From NCBI GenBank assembly GCA_965235115.1, contig OZ249436.1, positions 28,708,001 to 28,772,000 on the forward strand: DNA of 64,000 nt, written 5' to 3'. Under the pieces are notes generated by a model, which saw only the letters and a program-made list of their open reading frames with translations, had not been told where the DNA came from and ran no database searches. This DNA comes from Laetmonice hystrix. Lineage: Eukaryota. The position numbers were made by a program, and so were the translations under genes. Positions 25,748-40,998 of the stretch are shown piece by piece; the stretch's first letter is position 1, and the number at the start of each line of letters is the position of its first letter.

Positions 25748-28311
25748 CTAGAGCGATGGGTTGCTGGGCAACACCAAATCCCATTTCCTGTATCATGGGA
25801 GGGCAAGGACAAAGGCAGGTGACATTTAAGAAAAAAACATCTAAACTTAATTCCTATGCATGTTTAATAGTACCTATGTGCTTATCATTCATCGTTTCCA
25901 AGATACAAAATCTGAATATTGGCGGGACATAGATTTGACCTTTCAAGGTCACTGTATTGAAATAAAGATGGCGCCGAATGAAAGGCCATATATGACTTCC
26001 TATCCATGACTAACAGTAATCATGGACCTAGCTTTCACGGTTTCCAAGATACAGAGCTCTGAAAGTTGGCAGGTCACCAATTTGACCTTTCAAGGTCACT
26101 CCAGAGAAAAAAAGATGGCGCTAACTGAAAGCCCATATATGACTTCCTATATATGATTAACAGTAACAACGGGCCTAACATGCACGGTTTCCAAGATACA
26201 GAGCTCTGAATATTGGCAGGTCACCAATTTGACCTTTCAAGGTCACTCCAGAGAAAAAAAGATGGCGCTAACTGAAAGCCCATGTATGACTTCCTATATA
26301 TGATTAACAGTAACCACGGGCCTAACATGCACGGTTTCCAAGATACAGAGCTCTGAATATTGGCAGGTCACCAATTTGACCTTTCAAGGTCACTCCAGAG
26401 AAAAAAAAATGGCGCCAAATGAAAGGCCATATATGACTTCCTATCCATGTTTAATAGTAACTATTGGCCTATTGTGCATGGTTTCCAAGATACAGAGCAT
26501 TGAATATATGTAGGTCATGGATTTGACCTTTCAAGGTCACTGTAGCGAAGTACAAATGGCGCCAAATGAAAGGCCATACATGACTTCCTATCTATGTTTA
26601 ATAGTAACTATGGGCCTATTGTGCACGGTTTCCAAGATACAGAGCATTGAATATATGTAGGTCATGGATTTGACCTTTCAAGGTCACTGTAGCGAAGTAC
26701 AAATGGCGCCAAATGAAAGGCCATATATGACTTCCTATCTATGTTTAATAGTAACTATGGGCCTATTGTGCACGGTTTCCAAGATACAGAGCATTGAATA
26801 TATGTAGGTCATGGATTTGACCTTTCAAGGTCACTCCAGAGAAAAAAAAATGGCGCCAAATGAAAGGCCATATATGACTTCCTATCCATGTTTAATAGTA
26901 ACTATTGGCCTATTGTGCATGGTTTCCAAGATACAGAGCATTGAATATATGTAGGTCATGGATTTGACCTTTCAAGGTCACTGTAGCGAAGTACAAATGG
27001 CGCCAAATGAAAGGCCATACATGACTTCCTATCTATGTTTAATAGTAACTATGGGCCTATTGTGCACGGTTTCCAAGATACAGAGCATTGAATATATGTA
27101 GGTCATGGATTTGACCTTTCAAGGTCACTGTAGCGAAGTACAAATGGCGCCAAATGAAAGGCCATATATGACTTCCTATCTATGTTTAATAGTAACTATG
27201 GGCCTATTGTGCACGGTTTCCAAGATACAGAGCATTGAATATATGTAGGTCATGGATTTGACCTTTCAAGGTCACTGTAGCGAAGTACAAATGGCGCCAA
27301 ATGAAAGGCCATACATGACTTCCTATCTATGTTTAATAGTAACTATGGGCCTATTGTGCACGGTTTCCAAGATACAGAGCATTGAATATATGTAGGTCAT
27401 GGATTTGACCTTTCAAGGTCACTGTAGCGAAGTACAAATGGCGCCAAATGAAAGGCCATATATGACTTCCTATCTATGTTTAATAGTAACTATGGGCCTA
27501 TTGTGCACGGTTTCCAAGATACAGAGCATTGAATATATGTAGGTCATGGATTTGAACTTTCAAGGTCACTGTAGCGAAGTACAAATGGCGCCAAATGAAA
27601 GGCCATATATGACTTCCTATCCTGGATTAATAGCAACTATTGGCCTATTATGCATTGTTTTCATGTTACAGGTGATCATATATTGGAACTAATTTTGCCA
27701 AAGGTCAAAGGTCACAGGGTCAATTATGAAAAAAATCATTGAAACATGTTTTATGTATGACAGGCTAACACACCTGTCTAAAATAAGCTTAGATATTGCT
27801 TAGATATTGCATAGATGCAAAATGTTATATTCTCTATGCAAACATACCATATTCGCATGTTTAAAGTCACGTGACAGGGTGAAACTAGGTCAAATCGAAA
27901 AAATCCAGCCATACTTTTAAGCACCCTCGTATCAGGAGCCTCTCTACCCAATTTGGTGAAATTTTATTGAAAAATGAGGGAGAAGATACGTTTTAAGCGT
28001 TTTCCTACCTCTGACCTAATTTCGACTAAGGTCAAAGGTCACAGGTCAACTTCACCTAGAAAATTATTAGTCAACTTAATGTTCATCACATGGCAGTAAC
28101 GCTTTTTGCATATCTTCTCAGAGCACCATGAAAATGGACTTCAAAATTTAGCTGAAAAACGCCAATATTACGTCATAAAACGTCCAAATTACGTCCTATG
28201 ACGTAATGCATCTGGGTGCCAGGTGTCCTTGCCTAGGTGAACCTTCTGTCCAAGTTTCATTCAGATACCTTAAAAACTGAGCGAACGGCCAGCCTTGTCT
28301 TACTACAGGAA

Positions 28312-28349
<38 letters not shown>

Positions 28350-28405
28350 GTGTACACGAAACCATACAACAACAAAATCCCATTTCCACAGAGTGGAAAT
28401 GGGAT
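25748..28405 (-). mobile_element. Family B complete element (body 10, expanded array of ~12 monomers, + hairpin module at 28350)
   Basis: Both ends present; longest internal array. Confidence 0.88.
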
Positions 28406-28413
28406 AATAATAA

Positions 28414-30755
28414 CTAGCGCCGATGTGGCCAAGGCCAACATCTTATATCCCATCCCCCATAAATGAACAATGAGAGGCCCATTATGATGTTAGATGTGTC
28501 TTTACATTATCGATATTGGTGTTAATCGAAAATCGCTGTCACCTAATATAAGGTTTCAATAGTAACCATAGCTCTATCTGGCCACGTTTCAGAGTTATAG
28601 CTGTTTAAATAATATTGGTGATCTATCAATGACGTCATTATGACGTAATACGTCTACCTACGTCATCAGTATTACTGTCAATCGAAGGAGCATCTATGAC
28701 TTTCTATATGACCTCAATTATAGTAACCATAGCTCTATCTCGCTTAGTTTCAGAGTTACAGCAATGTGTATCTGCAATAGTCAATTTTAACAATTTCAAG
28801 GTCATGTAGTTCTGCTAAAATAGGTCAAATTTCTTATTGGTGAAGTTTTCCAGTAAAGATTCCTACAGAAGATCTGTTAACCAAAAATTCTCAGATTTTC
28901 TCTGAAAATGGCGGAGCAGTAGCGACTTCACCACTTTAGAGCATGTGACCTATGACGTAATACGTCTACCTACGTCATCAGTATTACTGTCAATCGAAGG
29001 AGCATCTATGACTTTCTATATGACCTCAATAGTAACCATAGCTCTATCTCACTTAGTTTCAGAGTTACAGCAATGTGTATCTGCAATAGTCAATTTAAAC
29101 AACTTCAAGGTCACGTAGTTCTGCTAAAATAGGTCAAATTGCTTATTACTGAAGTTTTCCAGACCTCCAGCTGCCCACAGGAAGCCTGTCATCTAAATAT
29201 TTTCTGATTTTCTCCAAAACTGGTGGAGCAGTACCGATTTCACCACTTTAGAGCATGTGACCTACTTTTACATGACGTCAGAGGATATAGGTCAAAATAA
29301 TGGACATAAGTAAGCAGGGTCTATGCAGGATTATTATTCTATGAAAAGTTTGAGAAAACTATGGAATATGGTTTGAAGAAATGCCTCTAAGTTTAAAATA
29401 CAAATTACGTCATGACGTCATGATGTGACGTCATATGACGTGATAATTATATGGGTCGATTTTCTCTACCATGGTGAATGTCCCTGCCAAGTTTCATTTG
29501 GATATCTCTATAAATGACTGAGATAGCATATCTATGACGTCATTATGACGTAATACGTCAGCCTACGTCATCGGTATATGTGTCAATTGAAAGAGCATCT
29601 ATGACTTCCTATATGACCTCAATAGTAGCCATGGCTCTATCTGGCTTTATTTTAGAGTTACAGCAATGTGCATCTGCAATAGTGAATTTTAACAAATTCA
29701 AGGTCACGTGGTTCTGCCAAATTAGGTCAGATCGCTTATTGGTGAAGTTTTCCAGTAAAGCTGGCTAGAGAGAGCCTGTCAACCCAAAATTGTCAGATTT
29801 TATCTAAAAATGGCGGAGCAGTAGCGGTTTGGCCACTTTCGGACGTGTGACCTACTTTTTCATGACATCAAAGGTCAAAGGTCAAAATCATGAGGATTAC
29901 TAAAAAAGGCCTATCTCGATTATTAAGCTATGAAACGTTTTGGGAAACTATGGATTATGGCTTCAAGAAATGACTATAAGTCTAAAATGCAAAATACGTC
30001 ATGACGTCATGACGTAACGTCATATGACGTAATAATTATATAGGTCGATTCTCTCTACCATGGTGAATGTCCCTGCCAAGTTTCATATGAATATCTCTAT
30101 AAATGACTGAGATAGTATATCTATGACGTCATTATGACGTAATACGTCACCCTACGTCATCGGTATCTGTGTCAATTGAAAGAGCATCTATGACTTCCTA
30201 TACGACTTCAATAGTAACCATGGCTCTATCTCGCTTTATTTTAGAGTTACAGCAATGTGCATCTGCAATAGTGAATTTTAACAACTTCAAGGTCACGTGG
30301 TTCTGCCAAATTAGGTCAGATTACTTATTGGTGAAGTTTTCCAGTAAAGCTGGCTAGAGAGAGCCTGTCAGCCCAAAATTGTCAGATTTTATCTAAAAAT
30401 GGCGGAGCAGTAGCGGTTTGGCCACTTTCCGACGTGTGACCTACTTTTTCATGACATCAAAGGTCAAAGGTCAAAATCACGAGGATTACTAAAAAGGGTC
30501 AATGCCCGATTATTAGGCTATGAAAGGTTTTGGGAAACTATGGATTATAGCTTCAAGAAATGCCTATAAGTCTAAAATGCAAAATACGTCATGACGTCAT
30601 GACGTGACGTCATATGACGTAATAATTATATGGGTCGATTCTCTCTATCATGGTGAATGTCCCTGCCAATTTCATTTGGATATCTTTAAAAATGACTGAG
30701 ATGGACGCACAAATGCAACTACTACAACTACTACTACTACTACTACTACGGGAAT
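28414..30755 (-). mobile_element. Family C HINE-like body 1
   Basis: CTAG end, palindrome GATGTGGCC-AA-GGCCAACATC, subterminal ATCCCATCCCCC, ~589-bp internal repeats (ORFs at 29580/30169), ends (ACT)n-GGGAAT. Confidence 0.8.
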
Positions 30756-32662
30756 TATATCCCATCCCCCATAAATGAACAAAGAGAGGCCCATTATGAT
30801 GTTAGATGTGTCTTTACATTATCGATATTGGTGTTAATCGAAAATCACTGTCACCTAATATAAGGTTTCAATAGTAACCATAGCTCTATCTGGCCACGTT
30901 TCAGAGTTATAGCTGTTTAAATAATATTGGTGACCTATCAATGACGTCATTATGACGTAATACGTCTACCTACGTCATCAGTATTACTGTCAATCGAAGG
31001 AGCATCTATGACTTTCTATATGACCTCAATAGTAACCATAGCTCTATCTCACTTAGTTTCAGAGTTACAGCAATGTGTATCTGCAATAGTCAATTTTAAC
31101 AACTTCAAGGTCACGTAGTTCTGCTAAAATAGGTCAAATTGCTTATTATTGAAGTTTTCCAGTAAAGCTGCCCACAGGAAGCCTGTCATCTAAAAATTGT
31201 CTGATTTTCTCCAAAAATGGTGGAGCAGTAGCGATTTCACCACTTTGGAGCATGTGACCTACTTTTACATGACGTCAGAGGATATAGGTCAAAATAATGG
31301 ACATAAGTAAGCAGGGTCTATGCAGGATTATTATTCTATGAAAAGTTTTAGGAAACTATGGAATATGCTTTGAAGAAATGCCTCTAAGTTTAAAATACAA
31401 ATTACGTCATGACGTCATGAGGTGACGTCATATGACGTAATAATTATATCGGTCGATTCTCTCTACCATGGTGAATGTCCCTGCCAAGTTTCATATGGAT
31501 ATCTCTCTAAATGACTGAGATAGTATATCTATGACGTCATTATGACGTAATACGTCAGCCTACGTCATCGGTATATGTGTCAATCGCTTATTGGTGAAGT
31601 TTTCCAGTAAAGCTGCCTACAGAGATCCTGTCAACCCAAAATTGTCAGATTTTATCTAAAAATGGCGGAGCAGTAGCGGTTTAACCACTTTTAGATGTGT
31701 GACCTACTTTTCCATGATATCAAAGGTCAAAGGTCAAAATCATGAGGATTACTAAAAAGGGTCTATGCCCGATTATTAGGCTATGAAAAGTTTAGGGAAA
31801 CTATGGATTATGGCTTCAAGAAATGACTATTAGTCTAAAATGCAAAATACGTCATGACGTCATGACGTGACGTCATATGACGTAATAATTATATAGGTCA
31901 ATTTTCTCTACCATGTTGAATGTCCCTGCCAAGTTTCATATGGATATCTCTATAAATGACTGAGATAGTATATCTATGACGTCATTATGACGTAATACGT
32001 CACCCTACGTCATCGGTATATGTGTCAATTGAAAGAGCATCTATGACTTCCTATACGACTTCAATAGTAACCATGGCTCTATCTCGCTTTATTTTAGAGT
32101 TACAGCAATGTGCATCTGCAATAGTGAATTTTAACAACTTCAAGGTCACGTGATTCTGCCAAAATAGGTCAGATCGCTTATTGGTGAAGTTTTCCAGTAA
32201 AGCTGCCTACAGAGATCCTGTCAACCCAAAATTGTCAGATTTTATCTAAAAATGGCGGAGCAGTAGCGGTTTGGCCACTTTCGGACGTGTGACCTACTTT
32301 TTCATGACATCAAAGGTCAAAGGTCAAAATCATGAGGATTACTAAAAATGGTCAATGCCCGATTATTAGGCTATGAAAGGTTTTGGAAAACTATGGATCA
32401 TAGCTTCAAGAAATGCCTATAAGGCTAAAATGCAAAATACGTCATGACGTCATGACGTGACGTCACATGACGTAATAATTATATGGGTCGATTCTCTCTA
32501 CCATGGTGAATGTCCCTGCCAAGTTTCATTTAGATATCTTTAAAAATGACTGAGATGGACGCACAAATGCAACTACTACAACTACTACTACGGGAATAAT
32601 AATAATACGGAAGACGAAACCATACAACTATAAAATCCCATCCCCCATGGGGGGGATGGGAT
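30756..32662 (-). mobile_element. Family C body 2 (lacks outer ~30 bp) + terminal hairpin module
   Basis: Starts at TATATCCCATCCCCC; ends (ACT)n, (AAT)n, GACGAAACCATACAA, hairpin ATCCCATCCCCC-ATGG-GGGGGATGGGAT (32635-32662). Confidence 0.8.
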
Positions 32663-32673
32663 AATAATAATAA

Positions 32674-34285
32674 CTAGAGCGATGGGTTGCTGGGCAACAC
32701 CAAATCCCATTTCCTGTATCCTGGGAGGGCAAGGACAAAGGCAGGTGACATTTAAGAAAAAACATCTAAACTTAATTCCTATGCATGTTTAATAGTACAT
32801 ATGTGCTTAACATCCATCGTTTCCAAGATACAAAACTCTGAATATTGGCGGGACATAGATTTGACCTTTCAAGGTCACTGTATTGAAATAAAGATGGCGC
32901 CGAATGAAAGGCCATATATGACTTCCTATCCATGATTAACAGTAACCATGGGCCTAACATGCACGGTTTCCAAGATACAGAGCTCTGAATATTGGCAGGT
33001 GACGAATTTGACCTTTCAAGGCCACTCCAGAGAAATAAAAATGGCGCCAAATGAAAGGCCATATATGACTTCCTATCCATGTTTAATAGTAACTATTGGC
33101 CTATTGTGCATGGTTTCCAAGATACAGAGCTTTGAATATTGGCAGGTCACGGATTTGACCTTTCAAGGTCACTCCAGAGAAATAAAAATGGCGCCAAATG
33201 AAATGCCATATATGACTTCCTATCTATGTTTATTAGTAACTATGGGCCTATTGTGCACGGTTTCAAAGATACAGAGCATTGAATATATGTAGGTCATGGA
33301 TTTGACCTTTCAAGGTCACTGTAGCGAAGTACAAATGGCGCCAAATGAAAGGCCATATATGACTTCCTATCCTTGATTAATAGTAACTATGGGCCTATTG
33401 TGCATGGTTTCCAAGATACAGAGCATTGAATATATGTAGGTCATGGATTTGACCTTTCAAGGTCACTGTAGCGAAGTACAAATGGCGCCAAATAAAAGGC
33501 CATATATGACTTCCTATCCTTGATTAATAGCAACTATTGGCCTATTATGCATTGTTTTCATGTTACAGGCGATTCCATATATTGCAACTAATTTTGCCAA
33601 AGGTCAAAGGTCACAGGGTCACTTATGAAAAAAATCATTGAAACATGTTTTATGTATGACAGGCTAACACACCTGTCTTAAATAAGCTTAGATATTGCTT
33701 AGATATTGCATAGATGCAAAATGTTATATTCTCTATGCAAACATACCATATTCGCATGTTTAAAGTCACGTGACAGGGTGAAACTAGGTCAAATCGAAAA
33801 ATCCAGCCAAACTTTTAAGCACCCTCCTATCAGGACCCTCTGTGCCCAATTTGGTGAAATTTTATTGAAAATTGAGGGAGAAGATACGTTTTAAGCGTTT
33901 TCCTACCTCTGACCTAATTTCGACTAAGGGCAAAGGTCACAGGTCAACTTCACCTAGAAAATTATTAGTGGACTTAATGTTCATCAGATGGCATTAACGC
34001 TTCTTGAGTATCTTCTCAGAGCACTATGAAAAACGACTTCAAAATATAGCTGAAAAACGCCAATATTACGTCATAAAACGTCCAAATTACGTCTTATGAC
34101 GTAATGCATCTGGGTGCCAGGTGTCCTTGCCTAGGTGAACCTTCTGTCCAAGTTTCATTCAGATACCTTAAAAACTGAGCGAACGGCAAGCCTTGTCTTA
34201 CTACAGGAAGAATAATAATAATAATAATAGTGTACACGAAACCATACAACAACAAAATCCCATTTCCACAGAGTGGAAATGGGAT
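32674..34285 (-). mobile_element. Family B complete element (body 11 + module); extra module at 34299-34354
   Basis: Both ends present. Confidence 0.88.
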
Positions 34286-34362
34286 AATAATAATAATAGT
34301 GTACACGAAACCATACAACAACAAAATCCCATTTCCACAGAGTGGAAATGGGATAATAATAA

Positions 34363-35399
34363 CCAGAGAAATAAAAATGGCGTCAAATGAAAGGCCATAT
34401 ATGACTTCCTATCCATGTTTAATAGTAACTATTGGCCTATTGTGCATGGTTTCCAAGATACAGAGCTTTGAATATTGGCAGGTCACGGATTTGACCTTTC
34501 AAGGTCACTGTAGCGAAGTACAAATTGCGCCAAATGAAAGGCCATATATGACTTCCTATCTATGTTTAATAGTAACTATGGGGCTATTGTGCACGGTTTC
34601 CAAGATACAGAGCATTGAAAATATGTAGGTCATGGATTTGACCTTTCAAGGTCACTGTAGCGAAGTACAAATGGCGCCAAATGAAAGGCCATATATGACT
34701 TCCTATCCTTCATTAATAGCAAATATTGGCCTATTATGCATTGTTTTCATGTTACAGGCGATTCCATATATTGCAACTAATTTTGCCAAAGGTCAAAGGT
34801 CACAGGGTCAATTATGAAAAAAATCATTGAAACATGTTTTATGTATGACAGGCTAACACACCTGTCTAAAATAAGCTTAGATATTGCTTAGATATTGCAT
34901 AGATGCAAAATGTTATATTCTCTATGCAAACATACTATATTCGCATGTTTAAAGTCACGTGACAGGGTGAAACTAGGTCAAATCGAAAAATCCAGCCAAA
35001 CTTTTAAGCACCCTCCTATCAGGACCCTCTGTGCCCAATTTGGTGAAATTTTATTGAAAATTGAGGGAGAAGATACGTTTTAAGCGTTTTCCTACCTCTG
35101 ACCTAATTTCGACTAAGGGCAAAGGTCACAGGTCAACTTCACCTAGAAAATTATTAGTGGACTTAATGTTCATCAGATGGCATTAACGCTTCTTGAGTAT
35201 CTTCTCAGAGCACTATGAAAAACGACTTCAAAATTTAGCTGAAAAACGCCAATATTACGTCATAAAACGTCCAAATTACGTCCTATGACGTAATGCATCT
35301 GGGTGCCAGGTGTCCTTGCCTAGGTGAATCTTCTGTCCAAGTTTCATTCAGATACCTTAAAAACTGAGCGAATGGGCAGCCTTGTTTTACTACAGGAAG
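34363..35399 (-). mobile_element. Family B body 12, truncated on the CTAG side
   Basis: (AAT)nAA joins CCAGAGAAATAAAAATGG. Confidence 0.85.
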
Positions 35400-35425
35400 A
35401 ATAATAATAATAATAATAATAATAA

Positions 35426-36965
35426 CTAGAGCGATGGGTTGCTGGGCAACACCAAATCCCATTTCCTGTATCATGGGAGGGCAAGGACAAAGGCATGTGA
35501 CATTTAAGAAAAAACATCTAAACTTAATTCCTATGCATGTTTAATAGTACCTATGTGCTTATCATCCATCGTTTCCAAGATACAAAATCTGAATATTGGC
35601 GGGACATAGATTTGACCTTTCAAGGTCACTGTATTGAAATAAAGATGGCGCCGAATGAAAGGCCATATATGACTTCCTATCCATGATTAACAGTAATCAT
35701 GGACCTAGCTTGCACGGTTTCCAAGATACAGAGCTCTGAATGTTGGCAGGTCACCAATTTGACCTTTCAAGGTCACTCCAGAGAAAAAAAGATGGCGCTA
35801 ACTGAAAGCCCATATATGACTTCCTATATATGATTAACAGTAGCCACGGGCCTAACATGCACGGTTTCCAAGATACAGAGCTCTGAATATTGGCAGGTCA
35901 CCAATTTGACCTTTCAAGGTCACTCCAGAGAAATAAAAATGGCGCCAAATGAAAGGCCATATATGACTTCCTATCCATGTTTAATAGTAACTATTGGCCT
36001 ATTGTGCATGGTTTCCAAGATACAGAGCTTTGAATATTGGCAGGTCACGGATTTGACCTTTCAAGGTCACTCCAGAGAAATAAAAATGGCGCCAAATGAA
36101 ATGCCATATATGACTTCCTATCTATGTTTAATAGTAACTATGGGCCTATTGTGCACGGTTTCAAAGATACAGAGCATTGAATATATGTAGGTCATGGATT
36201 TGACCTTTCAAGGTCACTGTAGCGAAGTACAAATGGCGCCAAATGAAAGGCCATATATGACTTCCTATCCTTGATTAATAGCAACTATTGGCTTATTTTG
36301 CATTGTTTTCAAGTTACAGGCGATTTCCATATATTGCAACTAATTTTGCCAAAGGTCAAAGGTCACAGGGTCAATTCTGAAAAAAAAAATCATTGAAACA
36401 TGTTTTATGTATGACAGGCTAACAAACCTGTCTAAAATATGCTTAGATATTGCTTAGATATTGCATAGATGCAAAATTTTATATTCTCTATGCAAACATA
36501 CCATATTCACATGTTTAAAGTCACGTGACAGGATGAAACTAGGTCAAATCGAAAAATCCAGCCAAACTTTTAAGCACCCTCCTATCAGGAGCCTCTGTGC
36601 CCAATTTGGTGAAATTTTATTGAAAATTGAGGGAGAAGATACGTTTTAACCGTTTTCCTAACTCTGACCTAATTTCGACTAAGGGCAAAGGTCACAGGTC
36701 AACTTTACCTAGAAAATTATTAGTGGACTTAATGTTCATTAGATGGCATTAACGCTTCTTGAGTATCTTCTCAGAGCACTATGAAAAACGACTTCAAAAT
36801 TTAGCTGAAAAACGCCAATATTACGTCATAAAACGTCCAAATTACGTCCTATGACGTAATGCATCTGGGTGCCAGGTGTCCTTGCCTAGGTGAACCTTCT
36901 GTCCAAGTTTCATTCAGATACCTTAAAAACTGAGCGAACGGCAAGCCTTGTCTTACTACAGGAAG
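35426..36965 (-). mobile_element. Family B body 13
   Basis: Same termini and internal array. Confidence 0.85.
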
Positions 36966-36976
36966 AATAATAATAA

Positions 36977-38369
36977 CTAGAGCGATGGGTTGCTGGGCAA
37001 CACCAAATCCCATTTCCTGTATCCTGGGAGGGCAGGGACAAAGGCAGGTGACATTTAAGAAAAAACATCTAAACTTAATTCCTATGCATGTTTAATAATA
37101 CCTATGTGCTTAACATCCATCGTTTCCAAGATACAAAACTCTGAATATTGGCGGGACATAGATTTGACCTTTCAAGGTCACTGTATTGAAATAAAGATGG
37201 CGCCGAATGAAAGGCCATATATGACTTCCTATCCATGATTAACAGTAACCATGGGCCTAACATGCACGGTTTCCAAGATACAGAGCTCTGAATATTGGCA
37301 GGTGACCAATGTGACCTTTCAAGGTCACTCCAGAGAAATAAAAATGGCGCCAAATGAAAGGCCATATATGACTTCCTATCCATGTTTAATAGTAACTATT
37401 GGCCTATTGTGCATGGTTTCCAAGATACAGAGCTTTGAATATTGGCAGGTCACGGATTTGACCTTTCAAGGTCACTCCAGAGAAATAAAAATGGCGCCAA
37501 ATGAAATGCCATATATGACTTCCTATCCTTGATTAATAGTAACTATGGGCCTATTGTGCATGGTTTCCAAGATACAGAGCATTGAATATATGTAGGTCAT
37601 GGATTTGACCTTTCAAGGTCACTGTAGCGAAGTACAAATGGCGCCAAATGAAAGGCCATATATGACTTCCTATCCTTGATTAATAGCAACTATTGGCCTA
37701 TTATGCATTGTTTTCATGTTACAGGCGATTCCATATTATATTGCAACTAATTTTGCCAAAGGTCAAAGGTCACAGGGTCAATTCTGAAAAAAATCATTGA
37801 AACATGTTTTATGTATGACAGGCTAACACACCTGTCTTAAATAAGCTTAGATATTGCTTAGATATTGCATAGATGCAAAATGTTATATTCTCTATGCAAA
37901 CATACCATATTCGCATGTTTAAAGTCACGTGACAGGGTGAAACTAGGTCAAATCGAAAAATCCAGCCAAACTTTTAAGCACCCTCCTATCAGGACCCTCT
38001 GTGCCCAATTTGGTGAAATTTTATTGAAAATTGAGGGAGAAGATACGTTTTAAGCGTTTTCCTACCTCTGACCTAATTTCGACTAAGGGCAAAGGTCACA
38101 GGTCAACTTCACCTAGAAAATTATTAGTGGACTTAATGTTCATCAGATGGCATTAACGCTTCTTGAGTATCTTCTCAGAGCACTATGAAAAACGACTTCA
38201 AAATTTAGCTGAAAAACGCCAATATTACGTCATAAAACGTCCAAATTACGTCCTATGACGTAATGCATCTGGGTGCCAGGTGTCCTTGCCTAGGTGAACC
38301 TTCTGTCCAAGTTTCATTCAGATACCTTAAAAACTGAGCGAACGGCAAGCCTTGTCTTACTACAGGAAG
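36977..38369 (-). mobile_element. Family B body 14
   Basis: Same termini and internal array. Confidence 0.85.
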
Positions 38370-38377
38370 AATAATAA

Positions 38378-39585
38378 GCAGGTCACCAATTTGACCTTTC
38401 AAGGTCACTCCAGAGAAATAAAAATGGCGCCAAATGAAAGGCCATATATGACTTCCTATCCATGTTTAATAGTAACTATTGGCCTATTGTGCATGGTTTC
38501 CAAGATACAGAGCTTTGAATATTGGCAGGTCACGGATTTGACCTTTCAAGGTCACTCCAGAGAAATAAAAATGGCGCCAAATGAAATGCCATATATGACT
38601 TCCTATCTATGTTTAATAGTAACTATGGGCCTATTGTGCACGGTTTCAAAGATACAGAGCATTGAATATATGTAGGTCATGGATTTGACCTTTCAAGGTC
38701 ACTGTAGCGAAGTACAAATGGCGCCAAATGAAAGGCCAAATATGACTTCCTATCCTTGATTAATAGCAACTATTGGCTTATTTTGCATTGTTTTCAAGTT
38801 ACAGGCGATTTCCATATATTGCAACTAATTTTGCCAAAGGTCAAAGGTCACAGGGTCAATTCTGAAAAAAAAAATCATTGAAACATGTTTTATGTATGAC
38901 AGGCTAACAAACCTGTCTAAAATATGCTTAGATATTGCTTAGATATTGCATAGATGCAAAATTTTATATTCTCTATGCAAACATACCATATTCACATGTT
39001 TAAAGTCACGTGACAGGATGAAACTAGGTCAAATCGAAAAATCCAGCCAAACTTTTAAGCACCCTCCTATCAGGAGCCTCTGTGCCCAATTTGGTGAAAT
39101 TTTATTGAAAATTGAGGGAGAAGATACGTTTTAACCGTTTTCCTAACTCTGACCTAATTTCGACTAAGGGCAAAGGTCAGAGGTCAACTTTACCTAGAAA
39201 ATTATTAGTGGACTTAATGTTCATTAGATGGCATTAACGCTTCTTGAGTATCTTCTCAGAGCACTATGAAAAACGACTTCAAAATTTAGCTGAAAAACGC
39301 CAATATTACGTCATAAAACGTCCAAATTACGTCCTATGACGTAATGCATCTGGGTGCCAGGTGTCCTTGCCTAGGTGAACCTTCTGTCCAAGTTTCATTC
39401 AGATACCTTAAAAACTGAGCGAACGGCAAGCCTTGTCTTACTACAGGAAGAATAATAATAATAATAGTGTACACGAAACCATACAACAACAAAATCCCAT
39501 TTCCACAGAGTGGAAATGGGATAATAATAGTGTACACGAAACCATACAACAACAAAATCCCATTTCCACAGAGTGGAAATGGGAT
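38378..39585 (-). mobile_element. Family B body 15 (truncated on the CTAG side) + two hairpin modules (39467, 39530)
   Basis: (AAT)nAA joins GCAGGTCACC. Confidence 0.85.
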
Positions 39586-39590
39586 AATAA

Positions 39591-40981
39591 CTAGAGCGAT
39601 GGGTTGCTGGGCAACACCAAATCCCATTTCCTGTATCCTGGGAGGGCAAGGACAAAGGCAGGTGACATTTAAGAAAAAAACATCTAAACTTAATTCCTAT
39701 GCATGTTTAATAGTACCTATGTGCTTAACATCCATCGTTTCCAAGATACATAACTCTGAATATTGGCGGGACATAGATTTGACCTTTCAAGGTCACTGTA
39801 TTGAAATAAAGATGGCGCTGAATGAAAGGCCATATATGACTTCCTATCCATGATTAACAGTAACCATGGGCCTAACATGCACGGTTTCCAAGATACAGAG
39901 CTCTGAATATTGGCAGGTGACCAATTTGACCTTTCAAGGTCACTCCAGAGAAATAAAAATGGCGCCAAATGAAAGGCCATATATGACTTCCTATCCATGT
40001 TTAATAGTAACTATTGGCCTATTGTGCATGGTTTCCAAGATACAGAGCTTTGAATATTGGCAGGTCACGGATTTGACCTTTAAAGGTCACTCCAGAGAAA
40101 TAAAAATGGCGCCAAATGAAATGCCATATATGACTTCCTATCTATGTTTATTAGTAACTATGGGCCTATTGTGCACGGTTTCAAAGATACAGAGCATTGA
40201 ATATATGTAGGTCATGGATTTGACCTTTCAAGGTCACTGTAGCGAAGTACAAATGGCGCCAAATGAAAGGCCATATATGACTTCCTATCCTTGATTAATA
40301 GCAACTATTGGCCTATTATGCATTGTTTTCATGTTACAGACGATTCCATATATTGCAACTAATTTTGCCAAAGGTCAAAGGTCACAGGGTCAATTATGAA
40401 AAAAATCATTGAAACATGTTTTATGTATGACAAGCTAACACACCTGTCTAAAATAAGCTTAGATATTGCTTAGATATTGCATAGATGCAAAATGTTATAT
40501 TCTCTATGCAAACATACCATATTCGCATGTTTAAAGTCACGTGACAGGGTGAAACTAGGTCAAATCGAAAAATCCAGCCAAACTTTTAAGCACCCTCCTA
40601 TCAGGACCCTCTGTGCCCAATTTGGTGAAATTTTATTGAAAATTGAGGGAGAAGATACGTTTTAAGCGTTTTCCTACCTCTGACCTAATTTCGACTAAGG
40701 GCAAAGGTCACAGGTCAACTTCACCTAGAAAATTATTAGTGGACTTAATGTTCATCAGATGGCATTAACGGTTCTTGAGTATCTTCTCAGAGCACTATGA
40801 AAAACGACTTCAAAATTTAGCTGAAAAACGCCAATATTACGTCATAAAACGTCCAAATTACGTCCTATGACGTAATGCATCTGGGTGCCAGGTGTCCTTG
40901 CCTAGGTGAACCTTCTGTCCAAGTTTCATTCAGATACCTTAAAAACTGAGCGAACGGGCAGCCTTGTCTTACTACAGGAAG
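39591..40981 (-). mobile_element. Family B body 16
   Basis: Same termini and internal array. Confidence 0.85.
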
Positions 40982-40998
40982 AATAATAATAATAATAA

